From the NCBI GenBank assembly GCA_937924145.1, contig CALDTJ010000110.1, positions 1 through 50,936 on the forward strand: a stretch of 50,936 nucleotides of DNA, written 5' to 3'. The notes under the pieces were generated by a model, which saw only the letters and a list, made by a program, of their open reading frames with translations, ran no database searches and had not been told where the DNA came from. Below are positions 1 through 9,318 of the stretch, one piece after another. Every line of letters starts with the position of its first letter. Position 1 is the stretch's first letter. This stretch comes from an uncultured Saprospiraceae bacterium. GTDB lineage: Bacteria > Bacteroidota > Bacteroidia > Chitinophagales > Saprospiraceae. Position numbers and translations under genes: made by a program.

Positions 1-3000
1 GTTCCTGACAACTATCAAATGCTCGGTATCCGACCCTGAAAGTATCACTTGGCAAGCTGACTTCTGATAACTGATTCCCTAGTTTTATCCAAATATTATT
101 TTCTAGTTGTTCGACGGTATAAGCTGCTACGTTTGCTTTGCTACAATTGTCCGTGGCTTGTGGAAGCTCAAATTGTACTGTTTTGGTACATTCATTAGGT
201 CCTAAATATATTGTTTCTAAGTCGGCTAAACTGCTTGATATTGAGCAAGTTATGATCGGTGCTATTGTGTCTCTTAATTCGATAAATTGCGTATCTATTG
301 GCATTGGGCCATCAGCAGCATTGCACCAGTTTAGAATATCCCAATAGCGGAATAGCTTAGTGCCGCAATTATTGTCTAGTTCGACTTCTCTTTTTTGTAA
401 AATATAGCCACAAACATAAGTTTCGGTATTCAACGCTAAGGTATCAGATGGGATTAATTGCCCATTTTTAAGCTGTCCAATTTGGATACCAGGAACTCCT
501 GTTTTTGTCAAATCATTAAAGTCAGCTTTGGTATCTTCACCACAGCTTAAAACAACATCTGCTGCTTTTACAAACTCTTCTAAACTAGGTCGAATGAATA
601 CGACTATCTGAGTTGTTTGACTTTGATTGCCACATAAATCGGTAGCCGACCAAGTGACAGACACTCTAGTCGTATCGCAAATATCAAAGCCACTAATCAT
701 AGTCGCATTTTCAAAAGTAACAGCAACACTATCACAGTTATCGACTGCTTTTGGAGGAGTTAATCCTAAGCCTTTTTCTGTTAAAATTATTTCACACCGT
801 TTGAAAGTATCGAGTGCTGTCGTTGCGGCAAAAGTTGGTGCCAAATGATCGACTAGATTGACGGTCGTTTCACAGCTAATAGCTCTACTTCCATTATTAG
901 GGAAAGTCAATGCGGTATTTTCAAAATAACGCCTTTCTATTTCAGCGGTGATTGTACTGCCACAAACCGCTAATTGTGATTTATCGAGAATAGGGTAGTT
1001 GCCATCTTTTCCTCCGCCCCTTGCCAAAACTACGGATTGCCCATTTTTATCAAGTCCTTTTAAGGTAATGTAGTAATAGAGCGAATCGGTAATCGTATCA
1101 CATGGATTTTCTAATAAATCATCTGGTAAAATTTGAATGCCACAAGCTGCTCCTAAAGGAATAGTCAAGGCATCGTTGCAGACCAATGAAGGAGCTTGTA
1201 CACTTATGCTACCTCTAGTTGTGAGGGTCGTATCTGTCTTTAATGTGTACTCCACAAAATACTGCCCGATGGCGAAAGTATCTTGGAAGGTCGTATCAAA
1301 AGCAATTAAGGTATCTATAAAAAGTTCTTGTTGTTCGTTGTAGATACGGACCAATTGACTGTCTTGGATAGGGGTGCAATTTGACATTATGACTGCTGGT
1401 TCAATGGTGAAAATTTCGTAAGTTTCAGCGCATAACAATTTGGCATTCAAATCATTAGGAGCGATTAATTTCGTTTCGTCTGTTTCACAAGAGGTCTTTG
1501 CGACCCAACCTGTTCCCTTACTATTATCTCCATTTGTTTTGAATTGGAAAGTCAGACAACCTTCAGAATTAACTCCTGGCAAGCAACTGGCATTAATGGA
1601 GCCTCCTGTTTGACTTACTCCTGTACCAGTATATTCATTTACTAGATTACTCAATGTGTCTGATCCGTCGAAAATAAAAAGAGTGTCACCTATTGCTAGA
1701 TCAAAGTGAGTAAACTCAATGTTGAGTTTTTGTCCTATCATTGGTGGACAAATCGTGTGAACATTATTTCTAGCGATAGTGTCAGTATATAGTTCATTTA
1801 TATTATCTGATACATAGGTGCAATCTTCGCAGTCTGTCATGGTAGATTCTGCTTTGGTTGGACTAACATTGTTGACAATCGTACAGATTGGATCAGGAAT
1901 TGGTGGCGTCCCATCAGGATTTGTAGAAATAATGAAATTGCAAGATTCTTCGTATGAACAAATGTTTGTTGCAGTCAAAGTGTCTCTACCGTTAGTGAAA
2001 AGACCCCAAAAACCTACTTGATCTATATGTCTTAGTTCTAAATAATGTGTATAAAATTTCCCATCCTTTTTCCCTGAGGTTAAAACTGTTCCAATTGATA
2101 TTAGGATTGGCGCACTAGGTGGTGCAGGACTTCCTTTTTCGTACATGCCATCATTATAAATAACTTTCCATTGCTCATTGGGGAAGGTCGTGGAAATAGT
2201 GACTAAATCTGAGAACTGACCATTGCCAGGCATTGTTTCATTATTGAGACATGCACAAGGATCTTCAATTTTTACTTCGCAATCTCCCACGGTAATTAAG
2301 AAAGAAACAGTATCTACACAACCAGTTTCGATAATTGAATCTCTAGCATATATACGAGTTGTTTCCTTTAATCTTATAATGGGACTCTCAAACCAATCTA
2401 TCAAATTAAAGGAATAACTTATGTTTCCTAAAATATCTCCATGAACTCTTTGCCTGAGATTTAAGGCATCTTTTTTACAAATAATAGTATCTGTACTGAT
2501 TAAGTTAGGTGTTGGATTAACTATTAAAGTCAAGACAATAAATGAATCGCAACCATTAGCAGCAGTTAAAGTATCTCGATAAATACCTGATTCACTTAGA
2601 CTTGTGTTGTTAAAATTAAAAGAATCCCCCTGACAGATAGTCTCCGAAACTTGCGTTTGAAAAGTGTCTAAAATATTGATAGTCAATACGATAAACGAAT
2701 CGCAACCATTGGCAGCAGTTAAAGTATCTCGATAAATACCTGATTCACTTAGGCTTGTGTTGTTAAAATTAAAAGAATCTCCCTGACAGATAGTCTCCGA
2801 AATTTGTGTTTGAAAAGTGTCTAAAATATTGATAGTCAATACGATAAACGAATCGCAACCATTGGCAGCCATTAAAGTATCTCTATAAACTCCCGACTCG
2901 GTGATACTTACCCCGTTAAAATCAAAAGCATCGCCATTACAAATTGGTTGACTGATTTGTGTTTGAGAAGTATCCAAAACGTTTAGCGTCAAAACAATAA

Positions 3001-4453
3001 AACTATCGGCATTGGTGACAGCCGCTAAGGTATCTCTATAAACCCCCGATTGGGATAAATCTTGATTATTAAAATTAAGGGTTTCGCCTTGACAAATGGT
3101 TTCAGAGATTTCTGTATGGAAAGTATCTAAGACCGTAAGTGTCAGAACGATAAACGAATCACAGCCATTAGCAGCCGCTAAAGTATCTCTAAAAGTTCCT
3201 TGTTCGGATAAATCTTGATTATTAAAAGATAAGTTTTCTCCTTCAAAAATAGTCTCCGAAATTTGCGTTTGAAAAGTATCTAAAATATTGATAGTCAGGA
3301 CGATAAACGAATCGCAACCATTGGCAGCCATTAAAGTATCTCTATAAACTCCCGATTCGGTGATACTTAAACCATTAAAATCAAAAGCGTCTCCATTACA
3401 GATTGGTTGACTGATTTGTGTTTGAGAAGTATCCAAAACCGTGACAATAATTCGTGCTGTATCTACACAATTTGTGGAAATAGAACTATCTCTAACAAAA
3501 TAAGTCATCGAAGAAGATGGAGTTATTAAGTTATTAGTGCTCCAATTACCTAAAGTAGTGCTATAATTAAGCGTTCCATTAATGGTGCCTGTGATATAGT
3601 CATTTAGATTTAAAGATTCTCCTTTGCAAGTAGATGCATTTGTTCCTACGATATTGTTATCTGGACAATTACAGGTGCTAACATCTACATCTACAGTTTG
3701 CCTTCGAACAACATTATCGGCATCAGTAACTGTAAGCGTGACTGAGAAAACCCCATCTGTAGCATAGGTATGATTTGGATTTTCTAAGGTAGAAGTATTA
3801 CCATCTCCAAAATTCCAAGAGTAGTTTATCGGAGCATTGCCTCCAACGCTTTGGTTGGTAAAATTAATACTGTTTGTTCCACCACAATTGCTAGAAAAAT
3901 TAGCAATTAAGGGCTCCATAATATCAATGGATATATTTTCTATACATTTTCCTGGGGGAATGTAATTAGGGGAATCATTACAAGTCTGCCCATCAAAAGG
4001 ACAATCACCATTACCATTTGCAGACCACCCAACGAATCCATTTGCTATCTTTAAATCTGTACCACATGTATAAGTTATTGGAGTACAAAAAGTGTAAGTT
4101 GTTTTTCCACTTAAAACTTGAGGAAAACAGGTAATAACATCTTCTTGAGAAATGTCATTTTGGGTAATTGTGAACCCCAAAATCGTTGCTGACCTTCTAC
4201 TATTGGTTGTGTTGGTAATTGTAAAACAAGCGTAAACAGATTCTGTAATTCCTATCACGCAACTTCCTTCGTAAGGTGTACCTGCATCATCTACCCCTAA
4301 AAAAACCTGCTCTATTAATAGATCACTTGAAGAACAAGAAAAACCACAATCTCTAGGATCTTGAAAGGTTTGACTAGACAGAGAATGGCTTCCTGAAAAA
4401 TAAATTAAGGCTAATAGGAGATAGTGTCTATTGATTATGTTTATATATTTCAT
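1..4453 (-). CDS. Large secreted cell-surface repeat protein, N-terminal 1484 aa; the 3' end lies beyond the left window edge
   Basis: My own minus-strand translation. The ATG is the reverse complement of cat at 4451-4453, giving MKYINIINRHYLLLALIYFSGSHSLSSQ (signal-peptide-like). I checked the frame (codon top coordinate = 1 mod 3) at the start, at 2684-2686 and at 2-16, and it reads sensibly at all three. I saw no stop but did not verify every codon. The track shows only short + strand shadow ORFs here. Recognisable segments: a PKD-type motif WNFGDGNTSTLENPNHTYATDGVFSVTLTVTDAD (~3690-3915), six 51-aa tandem repeats, and HYR-like segments (VDNCDSVAVTF...VTWSATDLCGNQSQTTQIVV, ~610-900, plus a second at ~1-290). 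Confidence 0.8.
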   Translation of the reverse strand, partial: MKYINIINRHYLLLALIYFSGSHSLSSQTFQDPRDCGFSCSSSDLLIEQVFLGVDDAGTPYEGSCVIGITESVYACFTITNTTNSRRSATILGFTITQNDISQEDVITCFPQVLSGKTTYTFCTPITYTCGTDLKIANGFVGWSANGNGDCPFDGQTCNDSPNYIPPGKCIENISIDIMEPLIANFSSNCGGTNSINFTNQSVGGNAPINYSWNFGDGNTSTLENPNHTYATDGVFSVTLTVTDADNVVRRQTVDVDVSTCNCPDNNIVGTNASTCKGESLNLNDYITGTINGTLNYSTTLGNWSTNNLITPSSSMTYFVRDSSISTNCVDTARIIVTVLDTSQTQISQPICNGDAFDFNGLSITESGVYRDTLMAANGCDSFIVLTINILDTFQTQISETIFEGENLSFNNQDLSEQGTFRDTLAAANGCDSFIVLTLTVLDTFHTEISETICQGETLNFNNQDLSQSGVYRDTLAAVTNADSFIVLTLNVLDTSQTQISQPICNGDAFDFNGVSITESGVYRDTLMAANGCDSFIVLTINILDTFQTQISETICQGDSFNFNNTSLSESGIYRDTLTAANGCDSFIVLTINILDTFQTQVSETICQGDSFNFNNTSLSESGIYRDTLTAANGCDSFIVLTLIVNPTPNLISTDTIICKKDALNLRQRVHGDILGNISYSFNLIDWFESPIIRLKETTRIYARDSIIETGCVDTVSFLITVGDCEVKIEDPCACLNNETMPGNGQFSDLVTISTTFPNEQWKVIYNDGMYEKGSPAPPSAPILISIGTVLTSGKKDGKFYTHYLELRHIDQVGFWGLFTNGRDTLTATNICSYEESCNFIISTNPDGTPPIPDPICTIVNNVSPTKAESTMTDCEDCTYVSDNINELYTDTIARNNVHTICPPMIGQKLNIEFTHFDLAIGDTLFIFDGSDTLSNLVNEYTGTGVSQTGGSINASCLPGVNSEGCLTFQFKTNGDNSKGTGWVAKTSCETDETKLIAPNDLNAKLLCAETYEIFTIEPAVIMSNCTPIQDSQLVRIYNEQQELFIDTLIAFDTTFQDTFAIGQYFVEYTLKTDTTLTTRGSISVQAPSLVCNDALTIPLGAACGIQILPDDLLENPCDTITDSLYYYITLKGLDKNGQSVVLARGGGKDGNYPILDKSQLAVCGSTITAEIERRYFENTALTFPNNGSRAISCETTVNLVDHLAPTFAATTALDTFKRCEIILTEKGLGLTPPKAVDNCDSVAVTFENATMISGFDICDTTRVSVTWSATDLCGNQSQTTQIVVFIRPSLEEFVKAADVVLSCGEDTKADFNDLTKTGVPGIQIGQLKNGQLIPSDTLALNTETYVCGYILQKREVELDNNCGTKLFRYWDILNWCNAADGPMPIDTQFIELRDTIAPIITCSISSSLADLETIYLGPNECTKTVQFELPQATDNCSKANVAAYTVEQLENNIWIKLGNQLSEVSLPSDTFRVGYRAFDSCQE
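2529..3445 (-). repeat. Six in-frame tandem 153-bp (51-aa) repeats inside the partial surface-protein gene
   Basis: Unit landmark gtca(a/g)(t/a)ac(g/a)ataaa recurs at 2529, 2682, 2835, 2988, 3141 and 3294, an exact 153-nt period. The encoded unit is DTFQTQISETICQGDSFNFNNTSLSESGIYRDTLTAANGCDSFIVLTINIL. Units 1 and 2 are nearly identical, as are units 3 and 6. Confidence 0.9.
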
Positions 4454-4617
4454 GTTTAAGTCCTTACCAAGAGTGGGAGCAGGCTCTTATTTATTGAATG
4501 AGATTTTTTTAGCTATAGCAAATAGTATTGACTATGCATTATCTAGTCATCTAGATTTGCAGCTGAGTTTTTTGATCGAAAATGAAGTAAGAGAAGGTTA
4601 AAAGAAGATTTGTTAAT

Positions 4618-4852
4618 AGACTTGTTACCCTTTGAAAATGACCGTATGAAATTTAGATAGCCCCCATCCGCTTTGCGGGTCGGAATTGATATTCCTCATG
4701 ATAGTTTTCTTTAAAAATTTGTTGAATAGTCCTTCTATTGAAGGAATTTTTAGAGTAAAATAGCATGAAGAAGTATAAGCTTCTGAACCGCCAAAGCGGA
4801 TGGGATGCTAAGATATTTTCAGATGGTTATAATTTAAAGGGTAACAAGGTCT
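4618..4852. repeat. Imperfect inverted repeat with ~65-nt arms around a ~105-nt core (MITE-like or structured RNA)
   Basis: Left arm agacttgttaccctttgaaaatgaccgtatgaaatttagatagcccccatccgctttgcgg (4618-4678). The reverse complement of the right arm (4788-4852) is agaccttgttaccctttaaattataaccatctgaaaatatcttagcatcccatccgctttggcgg. The blocks ttgttacccttt and catccgctttg match perfectly. Confidence 0.6.
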
Positions 4853-5147
4853 AATATTTTATAAATCTCTTAACCCCGTTCTTGTAAAGGCCATAAAAAA
4901 TGCTTGCACATTTTGCGCCTATAACAATGAACTCAATCTCTTATTAAGGTTAATACAACATTAGCCTTAATAATTTTTGTTTTTTAAGGCAGGGGACATA
5001 GTATTACTTTTGGAGGAGTAAAATAGGAGGAATAATGATTGGGAAGTTCGAGGATTTAAAGTAGCTATTACTTTATCCTTTTTGATATTGTTTGTGGGCA
5101 ATCTACTTTTATTTTTGACCAGATTGGTCGATAAGATTTGCCTAATG

Positions 5148-5198
5148 ATTCTCTCTCCTTATTGATAAAAGTAGTAAAAGGAGAGAATTATTTTTTTT
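5148..5198 (+). terminator. Intrinsic-terminator-like hairpin plus T-run on the + strand, with no annotated + strand gene upstream
   Basis: attctctctcctt (5148-5160) pairs with aaggagagaat (5178-5188) and is followed by tattttttttg. The T-run is present only in the + orientation. Confidence 0.5.
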
Positions 5199-5488
5199 GA
5201 ATGAATATTAAGTAATTATTCATTGTGTCATTTAAGTAGCAAAGTTAAGCTAAAGAAAAGTTTATGTAACTCTAAAACAGTTGATTTTGTGACAGGTAAA
5301 ATAAATGCGGTTTTTTTACTGGTTCGTAATTCTACCTTAGTTAGCTAGAAATAAGTCGTTGAACGGATTTATTTTTTGGATTTAGTGACTAATTAGCGTT
5401 AGGTTATATTTGTTATTTAGAGTTGTATGGAAGGGGGGATGATGATGGAAACTATATGTGGTAAAAAAGCACTACCCGACTAAACATA

Positions 5489-6322
5489 CTACAACAATAA
5501 AAGGTAAGTCGCCGCAAAAGGCAAGAGAAAAATAAACGCATCAAACCGATCTAGAATACCGCCATGACCTGGCAATAAATTTCCAGAATCTTTGATATTC
5601 AGACTACGCTTTAACATAGATTCTACCAGATCGCCGATAGAGCCAAATAGGGCAACGATTCCTGCCAAAACCAACCAATCTTGTAAGCGCAAATCATCAA
5701 AAATAAGGCTTAGTAAATAGCCAACAATGAAAGTGACGATGACTCCACCTGCGGAGCCTTCCCAAGTTTTTCCTGGAGAGATTCTAGGAAATAATTTGTT
5801 TTTACCAATCTGAGAACCAACGAGGTAGGCACCTGTATCATTCATCCAAGTAAGCGCCAATAGACCGAAAACTATATTGGGAGAAAAAGTATCTTGATAA
5901 AATCCAATTAATAATAAAAGGGCAAATGGAATGCCGATGTAAACCATACCTAGTAGTAAAATGCCGATGTTGGCAAAAGGCTTTTCTGAGGCAGTATACA
6001 TTTCATAAACGAAGGCGGAGAAGATCAACGGTAACATTAATACGCTAGCATACCAAACGTACTGTGCATGATGAACCAATTCTAATTTCTGAAAAGCAAC
6101 TAATAAAAAGGGAATAACTCCTAGGAATAGACCTAATACTTTTCGATTGCCATCTCGTCTGCCTTTTGTCTCTGCTAATGCTAAGTTCAAATATTCCCAA
6201 ATGGACAGTCCTGTAATAATAGCAAATAACCCAACAAACGTGTATGGATGAGTATAGACACCTCCAACCATTACTGCGACAAAAACTATTGCTGTTAAAA
6301 CTCTTCTTACAAAAGTAGACAT
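5489..6322 (-). CDS. cdsA: Phosphatidate cytidylyltransferase (CDP-diglyceride synthase)
   Basis: 277-aa polytopic membrane ORF carrying the C-terminal CdsA signature SMLKRSLNIKDSGNLLPGHGGILDRFDA. Confidence 0.9.
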   Translation of the reverse strand: MSTFVRRVLTAIVFVAVMVGGVYTHPYTFVGLFAIITGLSIWEYLNLALAETKGRRDGNRKVLGLFLGVIPFLLVAFQKLELVHHAQYVWYASVLMLPLIFSAFVYEMYTASEKPFANIGILLLGMVYIGIPFALLLLIGFYQDTFSPNIVFGLLALTWMNDTGAYLVGSQIGKNKLFPRISPGKTWEGSAGGVIVTFIVGYLLSLIFDDLRLQDWLVLAGIVALFGSIGDLVESMLKRSLNIKDSGNLLPGHGGILDRFDAFIFLLPFAATYLLLL

Positions 6323-6336
6323 AGATATTTTTAGAG

Positions 6337-6451
6337 GAAGTCAGATGTTAGATTGTTTACCGATAGCTATCGGTATCAGAAGTCAGACATTGTTCGTCTT
6401 GAGTCTGACATCTGACAGAAAAATTTATTTTTCGATCTGACATCTGACTTC
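6337..6451. repeat. Cluster of GAAGTCAGA / TCTGACTTC-type palindromic words (family C) plus the internal palindrome ccgatagctatcgg
   Basis: gaagtcagatgt (6337-6348) is complementary to acatctgacttc (6440-6451). Internally, cagaagtcagac (6377-6388) opposes gtctgacatctgac (6403-6416). The same words recur at 37343-37480. Confidence 0.7.
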
Positions 6452-6805
6452 TTATTTAAGGCGTGAAAATAGGAAAATTGTTGGAGGGAAAAAATTGTTT
6501 TGACATAAATCGACAACTACCTACTATTTCTTACGTTGAACGATTAGATTTAAATGAGAATTTGAATTTATTTTTTTATCATCAATCAAGATAGTAGAGA
6601 TACGTTTTAATACTAAAATTTCGTTAAAAATACAGTACTTCCTAACTATTTCTATACATCTTATGTTTTTCAATTAAGGAATACTAGGTTTTAGCCTAAA
6701 AAATCTTCCTTTTTTGCAGATTTAGCAATAATTTAGCTGCATTGCTTAGATTTTTTGAATAGAACCAAAGTTAGAAACCATAATCCCCTGACAAAAAATT
6801 AGTTT

Positions 6806-8311
6806 ATGAAATGCTTAAAATACGGAATAATACTCTTCATTGGCCTTGTGCTTCAACCGTTCAATGGTTCGGCGCAAGACGGAGAGCGTTATACCGAAGA
6901 TGAAGTTAATATCCAAAAATTATTCATTGAGGCGAACCGTGAAAAGTTATTGAGAAAGTATGAAAACGCCGCTTACCTTTTTGAAGAAGTTACCAAAAAA
7001 GATAAAACCAACCCTGCGCCTTACTACGAATTAGCCAAGGTCTACGATATTTTGGATGAAAGTGATAAGGCTTTGAAAAATATTAAAACGGCGATTAAAT
7101 ACGATGGCGATAATACTTGGTATCAAATCTTTTTAGCACAACTTCACGAAAAAAATAATTTAGACATAGAGGCAGCGAAAGTGTACGAGCAGTTGGTACA
7201 GAAGGATATCAAAAATGATTATTATTATTACCAATGGGCTTACTTTTTAGTCAAGTCAGGACAAGTAGAAAAAGCGATTATTGTTTTTGATAATTTGGAA
7301 GGAATCACAGGAGTGAGTCCCGAAATTTCGGAGCGAAAGCATAAGATTTATCACCAAATGGGCAAGAAAAAAGCGGCTGCTAAGGAATTAGCAAAATTAG
7401 CAGATGCCTTTCCTGATAACCTAACTTATAAGCATGGGCTAGCAAGATATTTTGAGCAGATTGGTTCTCGCAAAAATGCTAAAGTAGTTTATGAAGAGAT
7501 CCTTCGGATGAACCCTGAAGATGCCAAAGCAAGTATTGCCCTAGCCTCTTTTAATGCTGGTAATAATACCAATGATTTAGGCTATTTAGAGACCTTGACG
7601 CAATTATTTAAGAAAGAAAATGTGTTGATTGATGTGAAAATTGCGAAGTTAGCACCCTACGTTACTTCCGTGGCGCAAGAAGAAAATCCTGCTACTAAAC
7701 AAGCAATTTTAGATTTAGGAAAATTATTGACAGAGACGCATAGTACTGCTGGAAAAGCTTACTCTATTTATGGTGATATGTTGTACCAAGTGAATGATTT
7801 GGAAGGTGCTTTGGAGCAATATAAACTGACTTTAAAAGAGGATGATACGGTTTTTCCTGTTTGGCAAAATGCGATGGAAATTCACTATCTATTAGGCAAG
7901 TATGAAGAGTTGGTCGATTTTTCGGAAGAGGCGATGGATTTATTCCCAAATCAAGGTGCTGCTTATTATTATAATGGCTTAGCTACTGCTAAAAATGGAG
8001 CTTATAAAGAGGCTTTAAATACCTACCAATTGGCACTAATGATGTCTGGCAAAAATCCAAGTTTAGCGGCTGATGTCTATGCAGCCATCGCGGATGCTTA
8101 CATCGACCAAAAACAGATAGGCAAAGCCTTGACCAAAACGCAGGAAGGGTTGATGATTAATCCTAAATCTGCTGCTTTATTAGAGCAATATGGCGATATA
8201 TTGTTTCAGAAAGGAGAAGAAGAGGCAGCTATCAAACAGTGGAAAAAAGCACAAGAATATAATAAAAATTCTCCATCTTTGGAGCGAAAAATAGCGAATA
8301 GATCCTTGTAG
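6806..8311 (+). CDS. Secreted tetratricopeptide-repeat (TPR) protein
   Basis: 501-aa ORF with an N-terminal signal peptide (MKCLKYGIILFIGLVLQPFNGSAQ). TPR-like 34-aa A/Y/L periodicity runs throughout, e.g. AAYLFEEV, PYYELAKVY, WAYFLVKSGQVEKAI. Confidence 0.7.
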   Translation: MKCLKYGIILFIGLVLQPFNGSAQDGERYTEDEVNIQKLFIEANREKLLRKYENAAYLFEEVTKKDKTNPAPYYELAKVYDILDESDKALKNIKTAIKYDGDNTWYQIFLAQLHEKNNLDIEAAKVYEQLVQKDIKNDYYYYQWAYFLVKSGQVEKAIIVFDNLEGITGVSPEISERKHKIYHQMGKKKAAAKELAKLADAFPDNLTYKHGLARYFEQIGSRKNAKVVYEEILRMNPEDAKASIALASFNAGNNTNDLGYLETLTQLFKKENVLIDVKIAKLAPYVTSVAQEENPATKQAILDLGKLLTETHSTAGKAYSIYGDMLYQVNDLEGALEQYKLTLKEDDTVFPVWQNAMEIHYLLGKYEELVDFSEEAMDLFPNQGAAYYYNGLATAKNGAYKEALNTYQLALMMSGKNPSLAADVYAAIADAYIDQKQIGKALTKTQEGLMINPKSAALLEQYGDILFQKGEEEAAIKQWKKAQEYNKNSPSLERKIANRSL

Positions 8312-8313
8312 CA

Positions 8314-8414
8314 AGTACCGGCGACTTCAGTCGCCAACCAAGTACTGGCGATTTCAATCGCCAATGATTTATTATCTAGTTCCAAAAAAAATGGCGACTA
8401 AAGTCGCCAGTACT
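8314..8414. repeat. Three copies of the family A palindromic element (AGTAC-n-GGCGAyTnnArTCGCC)
   Basis: agtaccggcgacttcagtcgcc (8314-8335), agtactggcgatttcaatcgcc (8341-8362), and the inverted copy ggcgactaaagtcgccagtact (8393-8414). The same element occurs at 11846-11901, 34703-34792 and, truncated, at 42311-42325. Confidence 0.85.
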
Positions 8415-9224
8415 AAAAACGACAATTTGCAAAAGATTACAAACTACCTCTACCTGTTTTTATGCCTCATCGCGTTCTCTGCGTGTAGCACTAAAAAACT
8501 AGTGCAAAATGGAGGTGCATCTTCCACTAATTTAAAAAAAAGATCCTCCAAATATTTGCAAAAGAAGTTGGCTGCCAATGAGCTGAAGGTAGACTGGTTG
8601 AGTGCTAGAGCGAAGATCACCTTCAAAGATGCGGAGCAAACTCGAAAATTCAATGCCAATATTCGGATGCGAAGTGATAGCGTTATTTGGATGAATGTGA
8701 AAAAGTTGAGTGTGGAAGCATTTCGTATTTTAATCGACCAAGATTCTATTTACATTATTGATCGACTGGAGAAAAAATATTATGTACGAGGATTGAATTA
8801 CGTTGAAGAACAATTCAATTTCTTTGGGCAATTTCAAGCACTCCAAACTGCCATTTTGGGCAATCCATATTTTTTAGAAAAACAAAAATTATCAGCGGGT
8901 ATAGTAGATGGGAAGTACCAACTCCTTTCTGGCGACGAAAGTAGAACAAGAAGTGAATACCTATTGGATGGGCTGACCTATATATTATCCGAAATGTCCT
9001 TTTTTGACATAGAAAGAGATCGAAAAATGACGGTCGAACTAGCAGGATATGAAACAGTAGGTGATAATTTTTCCTTTCCCCACGATCGAACTTTTTTAAT
9101 CAATAGTGAAGAAACGGGTGATGCAAAAATCGAAATGGATTTTTCTAAAGTAGAAATAAATGTCCCAAAAAGTATTAAATTTTCAGTTTCAAGCCGCTAT
9201 AAAAGAGTCGATACAGATCAGTGA
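8391..9224 (+). CDS. DUF4292/LolB-like outer-membrane lipoprotein; start uncertain
   Basis: The ORF is open from 8364. Lipoprotein signal LYLFLCLIAFSAC. The body VDWLSARAKITFKDAEQTRKFNANIRMRSDSVIWMNVKKLSVEAFRILIDQDSIYIIDR fits the DUF4292 pattern. The TPR / DUF4292 / M23 gene order is common in Bacteroidota. The ATG at 8391 lies inside a family A palindrome, and an in-frame TTG at 8427 would give a cleaner signal peptide (M-QKITNYLYLFLCLIAFSAC). Confidence 0.6.
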   Translation: MATKVASTKNDNLQKITNYLYLFLCLIAFSACSTKKLVQNGGASSTNLKKRSSKYLQKKLAANELKVDWLSARAKITFKDAEQTRKFNANIRMRSDSVIWMNVKKLSVEAFRILIDQDSIYIIDRLEKKYYVRGLNYVEEQFNFFGQFQALQTAILGNPYFLEKQKLSAGIVDGKYQLLSGDESRTRSEYLLDGLTYILSEMSFFDIERDRKMTVELAGYETVGDNFSFPHDRTFLINSEETGDAKIEMDFSKVEINVPKSIKFSVSSRYKRVDTDQ

Positions 9225-9262
9225 ACGAAAGAATGAACAATTAAAAAACCCGTGTGGAATAA

Positions 9263-9292
9263 AAACCAGCACGCCTGCGCATACGGGCGGGT
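9263..9292 (+). repeat. 30-nt interspersed repeat, family D (AAACCnGCACG..CAGGTT-like), copy 1
   Basis: aaaccagcacgcctgcgcatacgggcgggt. Compare the reverse complement of 37431-37460 (aaaccagcacgactgcgcatgcgggtgggt), the reverse complement of 10668-10697 (aaaccagcacgctttcgcagcgaacaggtt), and 11572-11601 (aaacccgcacgactgcacagcgggcaggtt). Confidence 0.7.
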
Positions 9293-9318
9293 CCGTGTGG
9301 GAAATAGACAACTTCAAA

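Noticed and set aside
138-2417. Five + strand ORFs of 64-73 aa in the track (138-347, 627-848, 1137-1343, 1818-2021, 2223-2417)
   Set aside because: They lie antisense to the long minus-strand ORF that runs from 4453 off the left edge. They are low-complexity shadow ORFs with no recognisable motifs.
5035-5064. A 9-codon ORF (MIGKFEDLK) preceded by AGGAGG-like sequences
   Set aside because: It is too short to support. Bacteroidota generally do not rely on Shine-Dalgarno pairing, so the purine run is weak evidence. I kept it only as context for the orphan terminator finding.
8314-8414. Possible CRISPR array, from regularly recurring palindromic repeats here and at 34703-34792
   Set aside because: Each locus has only 2-3 units. 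The spacers are 5-30 nt and irregular, some units are inverted relative to others, and there are no cas genes. The behaviour is REP-like, not CRISPR.
9160-9318. A 53-codon N-terminal extension of the M23 peptidase ORF, overlapping the end of the upstream gene
   Set aside because: The extension reads through the family D intergenic repeat and overlaps the DUF4292-like gene by 65 nt. A canonical signal peptide begins at the in-frame ATG 9319.
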